Sequence record: NC_048048.2
DNA: 64,000 nucleotides
Direction: 5' to 3' (one strand)
Shown here: piece after piece, positions 25,222 through 33,949 of the stretch
Position numbering within the stretch: position 1 is the first letter of the stretch
Layout: each line of letters opens with the position of its first letter
Made by a program: the position numbers and the translations under genes
The notes under the pieces: model-generated
The model's database searches: none
Told to the model about the DNA's origin: nothing
What the model saw: only the letters and a program-made list of their open reading frames with translations

Positions 25222-25412
25222 GCGCGCGCCTCACGCTTCAGTCGCTTGACGGCTGTCATCTCGACCATGTCGGCGTCGCGCCGCAGCGCCTGGGCCTTGC
25301 GCTCGTGCTGGGCGGCCATCTCGTCTTCCAGGTGCGCCTGATAGCGCAACTCGGCGGCCTTGATGCGCGTCTCAAGCGGCAGGCGCTTGCGCCAGTCGAT
25401 CTGGGCGTCCAT
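25218..25412 (-). CDS. Small hypothetical protein
   Basis: Operon-packed. Confidence 0.7.
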   Translation of the reverse strand: MDAQIDWRKRLPLETRIKAAELRYQAHLEDEMAAQHERKAQALRRDADMVEMTAVKRLKREARA

Positions 25413-25637
25413 CTATTCGACCGCCTTGTTGCGCACCGCCCAGTACCAGCCCGCGATCATGTCGACGATGATGTCGCCATCGCAGCCCTCGATCGCATCG
25501 CCGATCATCGCGCGGTCGGTGAGGTCGCGATAGATGAAGGCGACCGTCTGGGCGGCCGGGTCATCCTTGCGCGCCGCCAGGGCCTGGATCACCTCGGCGG
25601 GGTCTTGCAGTTCGAAGAGGGCGGTGATCTCACTCAT
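25413..25637 (-). CDS. Small hypothetical protein (paralogue of 25634-25897)
   Basis: Shared D.AA..V..I..D..R....GWY pattern. Confidence 0.75.
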   Translation of the reverse strand: MSEITALFELQDPAEVIQALAARKDDPAAQTVAFIYRDLTDRAMIGDAIEGCDGDIIVDMIAGWYWAVRNKAVE

Positions 25638-25897
25638 GACGTTCCTTTCGTGGGCACATGCGTGGCCACCAGTTTGTACCAGCCGACGACCAGGGAGATG
25701 ACGTCATCATCCTCCATGTTCGTCAGGATCGCGTTCAGGCCGGGCCGCTCGTGCATGTCATCCCAGATGCCCAGCACCACATAGGCGGCGTCATCGCCAG
25801 CCTCGGCCGCGTCTTCCAGCGCGCCCATGATCTCATCGACCTCGCGCACGCCATAGAGGCGGTCGAGCAGCGTGCGGGCCTGGGCTTCGGTGGTCAT
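25634..25897 (-). CDS. Small hypothetical protein (paralogue of 25413-25637)
   Basis: Start reassigned to MTTEAQ; ATGA overlaps. Confidence 0.75.
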   Translation of the reverse strand: MTTEAQARTLLDRLYGVREVDEIMGALEDAAEAGDDAAYVVLGIWDDMHERPGLNAILTNMEDDDVISLVVGWYKLVATHVPTKGTS

Positions 25898-26118
25898 CGG
25901 GTCTTCATCCAGTCCAGTAGCGGCGGCAGGAAGCCGTCGTAGAAAGCAAAGGCCAGCGCGACCAGGAACACCAGCCACAGGCCAAGGCCGATGACGGTCT
26001 TCAACAGCCAGTGCTCCTCCTCCGGCTGGACTTCCCAGCCGGTCCCGTCGCACTCGCCCATCTGGCAGAGGATGCAGTCCTCGTGATGGTGGTAGAGGAC
26101 CTTGTCAGTCGTCGTCAT
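25894..26118 (-). CDS. Small membrane protein with Cys/His cluster
   Basis: HHHEDCILCQMGEC followed by a TM helix. Confidence 0.65.
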   Translation of the reverse strand: MTTTDKVLYHHHEDCILCQMGECDGTGWEVQPEEEHWLLKTVIGLGLWLVFLVALAFAFYDGFLPPLLDWMKTR

Positions 26119-26329
26119 CGAACTCGTCCGGGTTCTCTTCGTCATAGACGCAGTCGGGGCAGGTCAGCACGCCGTCGATCGTCACGCGCCAGCCATTGGC
26201 CTCCAACTCCGTCTTGCCCTCTTCCAGCGACAGCGTGAAAGGCCCCGCCGTGCGGAAGGCTTCCACCGGAACGCTTTCCGTCCGGCACTTGTCACATGAC
26301 ACGTCTACGATCGCGCGGTCAAATCCCAT
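26105..26329 (-). CDS. Small Zn-ribbon protein
   Basis: CDKC...CPDC pairs. Confidence 0.7.
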   Translation of the reverse strand: MGFDRAIVDVSCDKCRTESVPVEAFRTAGPFTLSLEEGKTELEANGWRVTIDGVLTCPDCVYDEENPDEFDDDD

Positions 26330-26342
26330 GACACGCCTCCTC

Positions 26343-26903
26343 TCAGATTTCCGACAGATGGTCCATGACCGTCGGGTATTTTTCCATCATCTTGTTCGCG
26401 AAGTCCTCGGCGTGCAGTCGGCCATCCTTCGTCGCGCCGCCGGCCGCCAGGGCCTCGATCCGATCCAGCAGCAGGCAGGCGTCGCGCTCGCAGCCCACAT
26501 AGTAGGGCTCCATCATCCCGATCAGCGAGCGGATTTCATCGGCGATCTCGTCGAGGAACCCGCCGGTCACCACGATCTTGCGGGTGACGCGATCGCGCGC
26601 CTCCTTCTCCTCGGCCTTCTGGGCCGCGTCCCTGGCCGCCTCGACTTCGTGGCACACCCACTTGATCGTGTTGTTGAACATCGCGCCCTTTTCGGGATGC
26701 ACCGACTGGATGTGGTCGCGCACGGGGGCGAACAGGCGGTGATAGTGATAGCCGCTGCGCATCCAGGTCTTGCCACAATAGGGGCAGGCCATCCGCCCGC
26801 CCATGGCCATCTGCCGCAGCGCGGCGGCGACCCCTGGCTCGGCCAGCGGCGTGGCCTCCATCATCTGGCTGGCATAGTCCTGGTAGGGGCGGGCCTCGAA
26901 CAT
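26343..26903 (-). CDS. Hypothetical protein with Zn-finger-like motif
   Basis: CPYCGKTW...H...H. Confidence 0.7.
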   Translation of the reverse strand: MFEARPYQDYASQMMEATPLAEPGVAAALRQMAMGGRMACPYCGKTWMRSGYHYHRLFAPVRDHIQSVHPEKGAMFNNTIKWVCHEVEAARDAAQKAEEKEARDRVTRKIVVTGGFLDEIADEIRSLIGMMEPYYVGCERDACLLLDRIEALAAGGATKDGRLHAEDFANKMMEKYPTVMDHLSEI

Positions 26904-27703
26904 CAGAACCCCGCGTCGACCGGCGGCGCCTGGAAGATCGCGCAGCGATTGAACGCCACCTCGGCCAGGACCCGCAGGGCTCCATCGCGATCGCCGCTCT
27001 CATAGGTTGGCTTGGCGTAGTCGTTGACGCCGATCACCATGTTGTTGCGCGTCACGGTGTCATTGGCCAGGACCAGTTGCGTCCCGGCGCCCTGGAGGCT
27101 CTTGAAGCCGGCGGCAAGCTGTTCCTCGGGACTGGCGCCCGTGGTCGTCTTGAAGCCGACCACGAAGACGTCGGGCCGCGTCTTGCGGATCGAGCCGATC
27201 AGCTTGTCGGCCGGCGTCAGCCGCATCATCTGCCAGCCGTCCTCGGTCTTCAGCCGCGTCTCGTGCGGCCCGGACTTGGTCGACAGGTACCCGCCGCCCC
27301 AGTCGTCGTGGCTGTCGCCCGAGGTCTCCTTCAGGATCGAGCCCTCGTAGTCGCATAGCGCCGCGCTCATCACGATCATCTTCGTCTCGGGATCGGCCAG
27401 CAGCTTGTCGAGCAGCGCCTTGACGTCGCTGTTGTAGACGAGCTTGCTATAGGGATCGGCCATCTTGGTCAGATGCAGCTTGACCCGCTGGCGCGAGTAG
27501 AGGCTGTAGTGCCGCTCCTCCAGCGGGTGCGCGTAATAGGCCTCATAGGTCGCCTTGTTGCGCCGCATGTGCCATTCCATCTCGATACTGAAGTCGACAT
27601 GCAGTTTCTTGGCCGCCCCGCCGAACGCCTGGGCCGCCAGCGACAGATGGTTACGCACGGGCGCGAAGGTGCCGCCGCCCAGGATGTGAATCTTGCCGTC
27701 CAT
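26903..27703 (-). CDS. CoaB-like phosphopantothenate-cysteine ligase fold protein
   Basis: ILGGGTFAPVRNHL, VMSAALCDY, FVVGFKTTTG and LVLANDT match the CoaB/DFP C-terminal motif order; start reassigned to MDGK. Confidence 0.65.
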   Translation of the reverse strand: MDGKIHILGGGTFAPVRNHLSLAAQAFGGAAKKLHVDFSIEMEWHMRRNKATYEAYYAHPLEERHYSLYSRQRVKLHLTKMADPYSKLVYNSDVKALLDKLLADPETKMIVMSAALCDYEGSILKETSGDSHDDWGGGYLSTKSGPHETRLKTEDGWQMMRLTPADKLIGSIRKTRPDVFVVGFKTTTGASPEEQLAAGFKSLQGAGTQLVLANDTVTRNNMVIGVNDYAKPTYESGDRDGALRVLAEVAFNRCAIFQAPPVDAGF

Positions 27704-28017
27704 CAGTCGTCTCCAAGGCGCGGAGCCATGCTGGCGTTCCACCACGCGCCGGCCGGCAACGTCTCCCCCGGATGCAGCCAGTGCGTGAACGGCGCGAACG
27801 GATAGCCCTTCTCCAGGACGCCGTGAATCCAGGCGCCCATCACCGGCACGCGCTCCTTGTTGGCCGCCAGCCAGCAGAGCGCGTTGTGCTCATGCCGATA
27901 GGGCTTGCGCGCGTCGGCCCAGCCCTTGCCGTTCCCGGACGGGAACAGGCTGAAGGTCAGCATCTCGCCCAGGATGTAGCCCAGGTGGGCGATCTCGTCT
28001 TCGGGTAGGGTGCTCAT
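27703..28017 (-). CDS. Hypothetical protein
   Basis: Start reassigned to MSTLPE; coupled overlaps. Confidence 0.7.
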   Translation of the reverse strand: MSTLPEDEIAHLGYILGEMLTFSLFPSGNGKGWADARKPYRHEHNALCWLAANKERVPVMGAWIHGVLEKGYPFAPFTHWLHPGETLPAGAWWNASMAPRLGDD

Positions 28018-28253
28018 GATCTCGCCGGGAAGCTGTTCTTCATGTCCACGTAGAGATAGTGGATCAGTTTGGTCTGAAGGCGCGCATCGAACGGCGCAAG
28101 GCCCAACTCCTGCAAGGTGTTCCAGGCGCTCAGCGTCGCCAGGGCGCACGGATTGATCCGCTGGTCGCGCTGAAGGACCTTCAACATGTCCTTGGTCGTG
28201 CCGTCGTCCGCATGGAAGATCGCCAGGAGGTCCTCGTGGGTGCGTCCGATCAT
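28014..28253 (-). CDS. Hypothetical protein
   Basis: ATGA overlap with the upstream stop. Confidence 0.65.
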   Translation of the reverse strand: MIGRTHEDLLAIFHADDGTTKDMLKVLQRDQRINPCALATLSAWNTLQELGLAPFDARLQTKLIHYLYVDMKNSFPARS

Positions 28254-28711
28254 GAAATCCACTTCTCCACGCTCAGCGCCGGCGCCTCCGGCTCAGCCTC
28301 CACCGGCGCGGCCGGCAGCGGCGGGAACACCGACAGGTCGATGTAGGTCCAGGACTTGATCCACCAGCACCAGACAAGGCGCCCATGCGGCTTGGGATGG
28401 AATTGGTTGGGCGGCACCTCGCCCTTGATGCCGTAGAGCTTCTTCAACTCATGGCGCAGGGCCTTGGCCAGCTTCTCGGGCGGCGCGGCGTCAGCCGTCC
28501 AGGGTACGGCCACCAGATCGATGTCGCGCTTGCGGCTGCCGTGGATCGCCAGGGCGTAGCCGAGATTGCGGGCCTCGCGCCGCAGCGGGCGCATCAGCCG
28601 GCGCGCCAGGGCCTTGACCTTGCGCGGATCGGCCGCGTCGGTGGAATGACCGCCGTTGTGGACCTTGATCGGCTCGACCGACTTGTCGGGGGACTTCTTC
28701 TTCATGCTCAT
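28250..28711 (-). CDS. Minimal nucleotidyltransferase-like protein
   Basis: LAIHGSRKRDIDLVAVPW fits the Pol-beta superfamily hG[GS]..DhDh motif. Confidence 0.55.
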   Translation of the reverse strand: MSMKKKSPDKSVEPIKVHNGGHSTDAADPRKVKALARRLMRPLRREARNLGYALAIHGSRKRDIDLVAVPWTADAAPPEKLAKALRHELKKLYGIKGEVPPNQFHPKPHGRLVWCWWIKSWTYIDLSVFPPLPAAPVEAEPEAPALSVEKWIS

Positions 28712-29082
28712 GGGTCTACGCCTTCGGCCTGCGGCCTTTCCAATCTGCCCAAGTTGGCCAGGAGCATTTCCGGGAATAGCTTTGGGTGGTTCCAGCGCGT
28801 GTCGGGCGGGAAAAGGACCAAACTCTCGCCACTGAGATAGGTGAAGACCCTGTCGACGATCTCGATCATCAGCGCCTTCATCTCGTCGTTGTTGAAGCGA
28901 CTAAGGTCGTTCCAGGCGATCTCCCCATAGGGAGTGACAACTTTCACGTCGCTGTAGTCACCGGTCTTGGTCGACGGAGAGATGCCAGCGTGCAGGTCTT
29001 CTAGCCCGGTGTTGCGTACGCAGTTGAGCACCAACGACAGGGCGTCGAGTTCATCAGGCTCCCATCCAGGGAAGCGGTCCAT
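28708..29082 (-). CDS. Hypothetical protein
   Basis: Coupled overlaps; visibly lower GC than its neighbours. Confidence 0.7.
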   Translation of the reverse strand: MDRFPGWEPDELDALSLVLNCVRNTGLEDLHAGISPSTKTGDYSDVKVVTPYGEIAWNDLSRFNNDEMKALMIEIVDRVFTYLSGESLVLFPPDTRWNHPKLFPEMLLANLGRLERPQAEGVDP

Positions 29083-29315
29083 CAGTAGTCCCTCGGCGGG
29101 TCATAGGTCCGCTTGTTGTGGTCGATCACGGCCTCGTCCATGTATTCGTCCACCAGATCGGCGAACGCCTCGGCTGCCTTCTTGTCCGTGAAGCGCGACG
29201 ACAGCCCGATGCCGTGACGGAAACGTTCGGTCTCCAGGGGCACGAGGCGCACGTAGAAGAACGGCCCGTCGGCGTCCGCGTCGCCATAGACCTGGGTCCA
29301 GTCGCTATCACGCAT
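29082..29315 (-). CDS. Small hypothetical protein
   Basis: Start MRDSDW overlapping the upstream stop. Confidence 0.65.
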   Translation of the reverse strand: MRDSDWTQVYGDADADGPFFYVRLVPLETERFRHGIGLSSRFTDKKAAEAFADLVDEYMDEAVIDHNKRTYDPPRDY

Positions 29316-29889
29316 CGTGTTCACGCCCTTCCAGCATCGCCTTGTGGCGCTCGGGCCGCATCAGCAACCAGACCTCTTCGTCCTTGCTGCCGTCGATCCC
29401 TTCGACCTTGATCCCGTGGTTGACGCCCAGGATCGCCCAGAAGCCCACGTGCGCGCCCTTGACGGCCTTGGGCACGTCGATCAGCACCGCCCCCAGGGCG
29501 CGGGCCAGCAGGTACTTGCTGTAGCGCAGCGTCAGGTCCAGGTCCTCCGGCCCATAGGTCGGATCGAAGGTGCAGCGCACCGTCTTTTCGTTCCCCGCGT
29601 CGATGACGCTGTCTTCCACCGCCTCGATCACCACGATCCCGTCATCGTCGCGGCCGTCGGACAGGATGAACCACTCGGCCTTGTAGTCCTTGTAGTCGCG
29701 CCAGATGCGGTGACGCTCCTCGATCTGGAAGATCATCACCGCGTCGAGAAAGCCCCGCTCCAGGGCGTGATCGATGTCGCCCAGCCGCGCCTTGCCGGTG
29801 ATCGGCGTGTGGTCCTCGTTGTGCGGGAACTCGATCCGCAGCGTGACGATCTCGTGGGCTTCGCCCGACAGATGCTTCATGGCGCTCAC
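29308..29889 (-). CDS. Hypothetical protein
   Basis: GTGA overlap. Confidence 0.75.
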   Translation of the reverse strand: MSAMKHLSGEAHEIVTLRIEFPHNEDHTPITGKARLGDIDHALERGFLDAVMIFQIEERHRIWRDYKDYKAEWFILSDGRDDDGIVVIEAVEDSVIDAGNEKTVRCTFDPTYGPEDLDLTLRYSKYLLARALGAVLIDVPKAVKGAHVGFWAILGVNHGIKVEGIDGSKDEEVWLLMRPERHKAMLEGREHDA

Positions 29890-30173
29890 CAGTCGCGCCC
29901 GAAACCGTCGTCATCGTCGTCGAAGTCGATGTCCCGGTCGCCTTCGGATTGGGGTTCGTAGTCCAGGAGCCACCAGACAGCGCCGGAGGCGTCGGCCCAG
30001 ATGCCGTGGATGAACCACGTGCCCCAGTAGTCCTCGCCCATCTCGATCTCGGTATCCTGGCCAGCATAGAACTCGCCCTCGGCGGTGATCACCGCCAGCA
30101 GGTCGTTCCGCACGTCGATGCGGCTATCGTCCAGGCCGACGCGGTCGGCGAACTTCAGGTTGACGGTCTTCAT
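29886..30173 (-). CDS. Small acidic hypothetical protein
   Basis: ATGA overlap. Confidence 0.7.
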   Translation of the reverse strand: MKTVNLKFADRVGLDDSRIDVRNDLLAVITAEGEFYAGQDTEIEMGEDYWGTWFIHGIWADASGAVWWLLDYEPQSEGDRDIDFDDDDDGFGRDW

Positions 30174-30478
30174 GATTCCCCCGACCAGCCGGAATACCGG
30201 CGCGGCTTGATATGCTCGATGACGTTGGCGGTGACGGTCAGGTGGTTGATGGCCACGTCCCCATACTCGTCGACATTGTCGACGTCCTTGCGGACGCGCA
30301 CGACCATGACGACGTAGTCGCCTTCGGCCGACTCGTCGTTGACCGAGAACGCCAGTTCCTCGCCGGCCTTGATCGATAGCGCAAGGTCCGCCGGCCAGTC
30401 GCGGCTGTAGACCACGACCCGCTCGCCGTCCTCGGAGAGGAGGTTGAAGGTGATGTCGAAATCGCGAAGGACGCTCAT
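30170..30478 (-). CDS. Small beta-rich protein, paralogue family A
   Basis: YSRDWPADLALSIKAGE...YVVMVVRVRKDV. Confidence 0.75.
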   Translation of the reverse strand: MSVLRDFDITFNLLSEDGERVVVYSRDWPADLALSIKAGEELAFSVNDESAEGDYVVMVVRVRKDVDNVDEYGDVAINHLTVTANVIEHIKPRRYSGWSGES

Positions 30479-30783
30479 GTGGGCTTCAGTCTCCTTTCCA
30501 GGTCTTGCACGACTTCCCAGGCGCCGACCGCCAGGGCGGTCTGGAACTGGGTCTCGATGATCGCGCGGCGCAGGGCGTCCTTCATCGGTTGCAGCCCCAG
30601 GTCAGTGCGCCCCTTGATCGTGTCGATCGCGATCTGCTTGGCGATGGCCCGCTCGATCCGCTTGGCCTCCGTCACCGCCCGCTGGCAGCCCCAGTAATGC
30701 TCCTGGGCCTTGCGCAGGCGCTCGCGCACCTTGATCGCGTCGGCGATCTGCTCGTACATCTCGATGACGGCGGGCGTGTCCAT
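30475..30783 (-). CDS. Hypothetical helical protein
   Basis: Start reassigned to MDTPAV. Confidence 0.7.
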   Translation of the reverse strand: MDTPAVIEMYEQIADAIKVRERLRKAQEHYWGCQRAVTEAKRIERAIAKQIAIDTIKGRTDLGLQPMKDALRRAIIETQFQTALAVGAWEVVQDLERRLKPT

Positions 30784-30788
30784 GGCGC

Positions 30789-31091
30789 CTAGCGGATCGC
30801 CTTCCAGCCCTGCGGCTTGTTCGCGCCATAATCGACCACGCAGTCGCCGGTCACTTCCGTCAGGCGCCCCGTCGTCTGGCTGACGAAGTAGAAGCCGTCG
30901 CTCTCGCCATGCTTTTCGACCTTGCCGGTCGAGAAGTCGTCGAAGTAGGGGCCGGCGGCCGAATGGCAGGTCACCCGACCCGGCTTGCCGTAATTGAAGG
31001 TGCGCTCGCTCTCGGCGTCGGTGCAGGCCACCAGCCCAGCGGTCGCCAGGGCCACGGCTCCGGCGATCAGCGCGATTCGAAACTTGGTCAT
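30789..31091 (-). CDS. Putative lipoprotein
   Basis: Signal peptide with lipobox LVA-C; AAGGAG RBS. Confidence 0.75.
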   Translation of the reverse strand: MTKFRIALIAGAVALATAGLVACTDAESERTFNYGKPGRVTCHSAAGPYFDDFSTGKVEKHGESDGFYFVSQTTGRLTEVTGDCVVDYGANKPQGWKAIR

Positions 31092-31100
31092 GAGGTCTCC

Positions 31101-31388
31101 TTAGATATTCGAAAGACGGGTATGTTCGTCGAACCGTCGCTGGGCTTCCAGGTAGACGGACTCGGCGACAAGCTGATCGATGATGGCCTCTCGCAAGTCC
31201 GCGCGCAGGCTGCTCACCTGATAGGCCTCGGGTGGCGTGTCGGGGTAGTGCTCGTCGCCTTCGTCGAAGTGCATCCGGTCGCAGATCATGCCCGCGAGGC
31301 CTTGGACAACGAGGCGCGCCGACAGCAGCTTGGCGTCGGCCACTTCCTTGAGCATCAGCGGCGACAAGGGCGCGTTGTCCTCGCTCAC
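31101..31388 (-). CDS. Hypothetical protein
   Basis: Operon-packed. Confidence 0.65.
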   Translation of the reverse strand: MSEDNAPLSPLMLKEVADAKLLSARLVVQGLAGMICDRMHFDEGDEHYPDTPPEAYQVSSLRADLREAIIDQLVAESVYLEAQRRFDEHTRLSNI

Positions 31389-31612
31389 AGCGACACCGTG
31401 TCGATCTCGACGCTCGACAGCCGCAGCGGCCCACAGCCAACGTCGTTGCGATAACCGAAGGTGCGTTCGACCCTGGTGATTTTCAGCGACGGCTCACGGG
31501 GCAGATTGATCGTCTCGCCCTTGCGGATCGCGGCGGCTTCCTCCGCATCGATATCGAAGCTGCGCAGGTACGTGCCGCCAACCAGGACGGCCAGGGTGAT
31601 GTCGCGGTTCAT
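31385..31612 (-). CDS. Small beta-rich protein, possible family A
   Basis: RSFDIDAEEAAAIRKGE...LKITRVERTF. Confidence 0.65.
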   Translation of the reverse strand: MNRDITLAVLVGGTYLRSFDIDAEEAAAIRKGETINLPREPSLKITRVERTFGYRNDVGCGPLRLSSVEIDTVSL

Positions 31613-31914
31613 GCTTCGTCTTCCTCGCTCGCCGGGCCGTAGTCGACCACATGCACTTCGATCGTATGGGCCAAGCCGCCCCACGGCGGATTGTCGGCGT
31701 CGCCCACCCGGCCCACCGGCGTCTTCTTGACCATGGTCACGCCCATCAGGCGCGCCCCCGCCGGGATGCTGCCCATCGGCTCGGCCAGATCGAGCACCAC
31801 ATAGTCGCGCGTCGACAGCGTCAGCGCCTCGATCGCTGGCCAGGAGCGCGAGACGAACTCGCCGACCTGATCGTCGCGATCGCGGATGAAGAAGTGGACG
31901 TGGTACAGCGACAA
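31609..31914 (-). CDS. Small beta-rich protein, family A
   Basis: VSRSWPAIEALTLSTRDYVVL...VTMVKKT. Confidence 0.7.
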   Translation of the reverse strand: MSLYHVHFFIRDRDDQVGEFVSRSWPAIEALTLSTRDYVVLDLAEPMGSIPAGARLMGVTMVKKTPVGRVGDADNPPWGGLAHTIEVHVVDYGPASEEDEA

Positions 31915-31947
31915 GCGGGGCTCCGGGCTGGATGACTTGCAGATGGT

Positions 31948-32331
31948 CTAGCGGGACAGTGGCGGACGTGTCAACGACTTTCTTGCAGGGTTGTGCTCGT
32001 CCTCGTAAGCCTTCCGGCGCTCCCAGGCATCGTCACACAGCGCCTGGGCCACGAGCACGTCGATCGCGCGCACTCGCAGGGTCTGACGCGCCATGTACGA
32101 GGCGCCGGTGCCGCGCTCGACGATCAGCGGAACGCCCTTCTCGGACGCATAGTAGTCGGCGCGCTTGATCTGCTCGAACACGGCCAAATCGTTGACCTCG
32201 CTGGCCGCCTCCGCCAGGGCGATGCGCGCCTGGAGCAACGCATCCCTGCGGCTAAAATGCAGGGCGATCGGCTCTGGGGCGAACTTCTTCGGGTCGGTCT
32301 CGACCCCGAAATCAGGTGGCGCCATGCGCAT
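31948..32331 (-). CDS. Hypothetical protein
   Basis: GGAG RBS; start MRMAPP. Confidence 0.65.
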   Translation of the reverse strand: MRMAPPDFGVETDPKKFAPEPIALHFSRRDALLQARIALAEAASEVNDLAVFEQIKRADYYASEKGVPLIVERGTGASYMARQTLRVRAIDVLVAQALCDDAWERRKAYEDEHNPARKSLTRPPLSR

Positions 32332-32518
32332 GCTTATGCTCCCCGAGAGGCTTCTGCTTAAAGATCGCCCCGAAGAACGGCTCGATCCCTGGTGAGTAGG
32401 CCGTGATCGGCTGCCAGCGCCAGCGTTCCTGCCAGGGATCGGGCCGCACGGCGGTGACCTGCACGCCGATCCCGCCGCCCAGGTGCGAGAAGTCGGATAT
32501 TTCGTTTTCAGCGGCCAT
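32312..32518 (-). CDS. Small hypothetical protein
   Basis: Operon-packed. Confidence 0.55.
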   Translation of the reverse strand: MAAENEISDFSHLGGGIGVQVTAVRPDPWQERWRWQPITAYSPGIEPFFGAIFKQKPLGEHKHAHGAT

Positions 32519-32840
32519 CGAAGGGCTCCGGCGGCGGCCGGCGTTCGATCACCTGCACCAGGACCTGCACATGCGATACGAACGGCTCGGGGATGTTGAG
32601 CCCGCCGTCCACGTGCTTGATGACATTGAGCACCTTGACCCGGTAGACGCCCGGCTCGACCTTCACCGCCTCGGCGCCAAGGTCGCCTTCGATCCGCACC
32701 GGGATCACGAGGTAGTCGCCGCCCTTGATCGTCAGGGCGTGCATCGTCGGCCAGCCCTTCGACCACACCGTGCCCATGGACAGGCGCGTGGAGTCGACGA
32801 AGTTGACCTCCAGGTCGATTGCCTTAGCCTCGATGGTCAT
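32508..32840 (-). CDS. Small beta-rich protein, family A
   Basis: WSKGWPTMHALTIKGGDYLVI...YRVKVLNVIKHV. Confidence 0.75.
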   Translation of the reverse strand: MTIEAKAIDLEVNFVDSTRLSMGTVWSKGWPTMHALTIKGGDYLVIPVRIEGDLGAEAVKVEPGVYRVKVLNVIKHVDGGLNIPEPFVSHVQVLVQVIERRPPPEPFDGR

Positions 32841-33091
32841 GCGCCCTCGCCATTGCCATAGACGATCACCGGATCGGCCCGCATGTCGACGACCACGCAC
32901 CGCGCGCCGTGCAGCGCCGTCTGGTGGGCGGCCAGCCGCTCCAGACGCTCGCGGTTGGGACTGCGGATCGGCCCGTGCTCGTTGCCCATCTCAGCCCAGC
33001 CGTCGGGCGTCAGGACATAGCAACGAAACAGCGACATCTCCTCGGCCAGCGCCGCGATCAGTTCTTCGTCGGTCAGGGGGCGCAGGCTCAT
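32837..33091 (-). CDS. Small hypothetical protein
   Basis: ATGA overlap. Confidence 0.7.
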   Translation of the reverse strand: MSLRPLTDEELIAALAEEMSLFRCYVLTPDGWAEMGNEHGPIRSPNRERLERLAAHQTALHGARCVVVDMRADPVIVYGNGEGA

Positions 33092-33321
33092 GGGATCAGA
33101 GGACTCGTGTGGCAGGAAGCAGGCGTCACCAGGGCCTTGATCAGGGTGACTTCCACGGCGGGCGGCTTGAGACCCACTTCGCGCAGCACATCACTGATCA
33201 GCCAGTACCGGCCGCCCACCTTGATCTTGGCGCCCTGGACGATGGTGACCGCAAGATCGGCGGGAGCCAGGAAGGTCGAGACGACCTGACCTCGGTAGAT
33301 GAATTCGACCTTGGTCGTCAC
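33088..33321 (-). CDS. Small beta-rich protein, family A
   Basis: MTTKVEF...PADLAVTIVQGAKI...ISDVLREV. Confidence 0.75.
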   Translation of the reverse strand: MTTKVEFIYRGQVVSTFLAPADLAVTIVQGAKIKVGGRYWLISDVLREVGLKPPAVEVTLIKALVTPASCHTSPLIP

Positions 33322-33614
33322 GCCTCGATCCCCCGCTGGAGCGCCGCGCGGCGCACGATCGCCTGGATGATCCTGATCGACTGGGTGTGGGCCAGCGTCG
33401 TGTTCTTGTGAACCGTCATGGCGCCGGGATGGCTGTCGATGTCGCGATGCACGCGGTCGACGATCCAGAAGACGCCTTGCAGCTTGAACTTGACGCCTTC
33501 CTGGATACTCAGCGCCAGGAGATCGTCGGCCTCGAACGAGGAGACCATGACGTTGGTGGGACGCCCGCCTGGAACGTCCTCGATCTCCTGCCAGAATTCA
33601 ACCTTCGTCGTCAT
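33318..33614 (-). CDS. Small beta-rich protein, family A
   Basis: MTTKVEF...DDLLALSIQEGVKF...VDRVHRDI; same first 7 residues as its neighbour. Confidence 0.75.
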   Translation of the reverse strand: MTTKVEFWQEIEDVPGGRPTNVMVSSFEADDLLALSIQEGVKFKLQGVFWIVDRVHRDIDSHPGAMTVHKNTTLAHTQSIRIIQAIVRRAALQRGIEA

Positions 33615-33949
33615 GTAGAAGCCTTTTGCAGTTCGGGTCCGTCCGTGACATCCACCGACAGATGGACCTCGGAGATGAACGGCGTGCCCGCCTCATCTGT
33701 ATGACGCGCGATCGTCTTGGTGATGCCGAAGACTGTGCCGATGTAGTCGCCCTCCATTTTCTTGTTGAGGACATTGTCGCCGGGACGGATGCGCAGCATG
33801 ATGTCGTCGCCCCACCGGAAACCCATCGCGACCACTTCCGAGAAATGGCCTATCTCAACGATCGCCAGCGGAGGTATGCCGGTAATGTCGGTAGGCTCAT
33901 CGTTCAGAATGAAAAGCGTGGCGATCACGTGGATCGGGTCGTGGCTCAT
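33611..33949 (-). CDS. Small beta-rich protein, possible family A
   Basis: EGDYIGTVFGITKTI...SEVHLSVDV. Confidence 0.7.
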   Translation of the reverse strand: MSHDPIHVIATLFILNDEPTDITGIPPLAIVEIGHFSEVVAMGFRWGDDIMLRIRPGDNVLNKKMEGDYIGTVFGITKTIARHTDEAGTPFISEVHLSVDVTDGPELQKAST

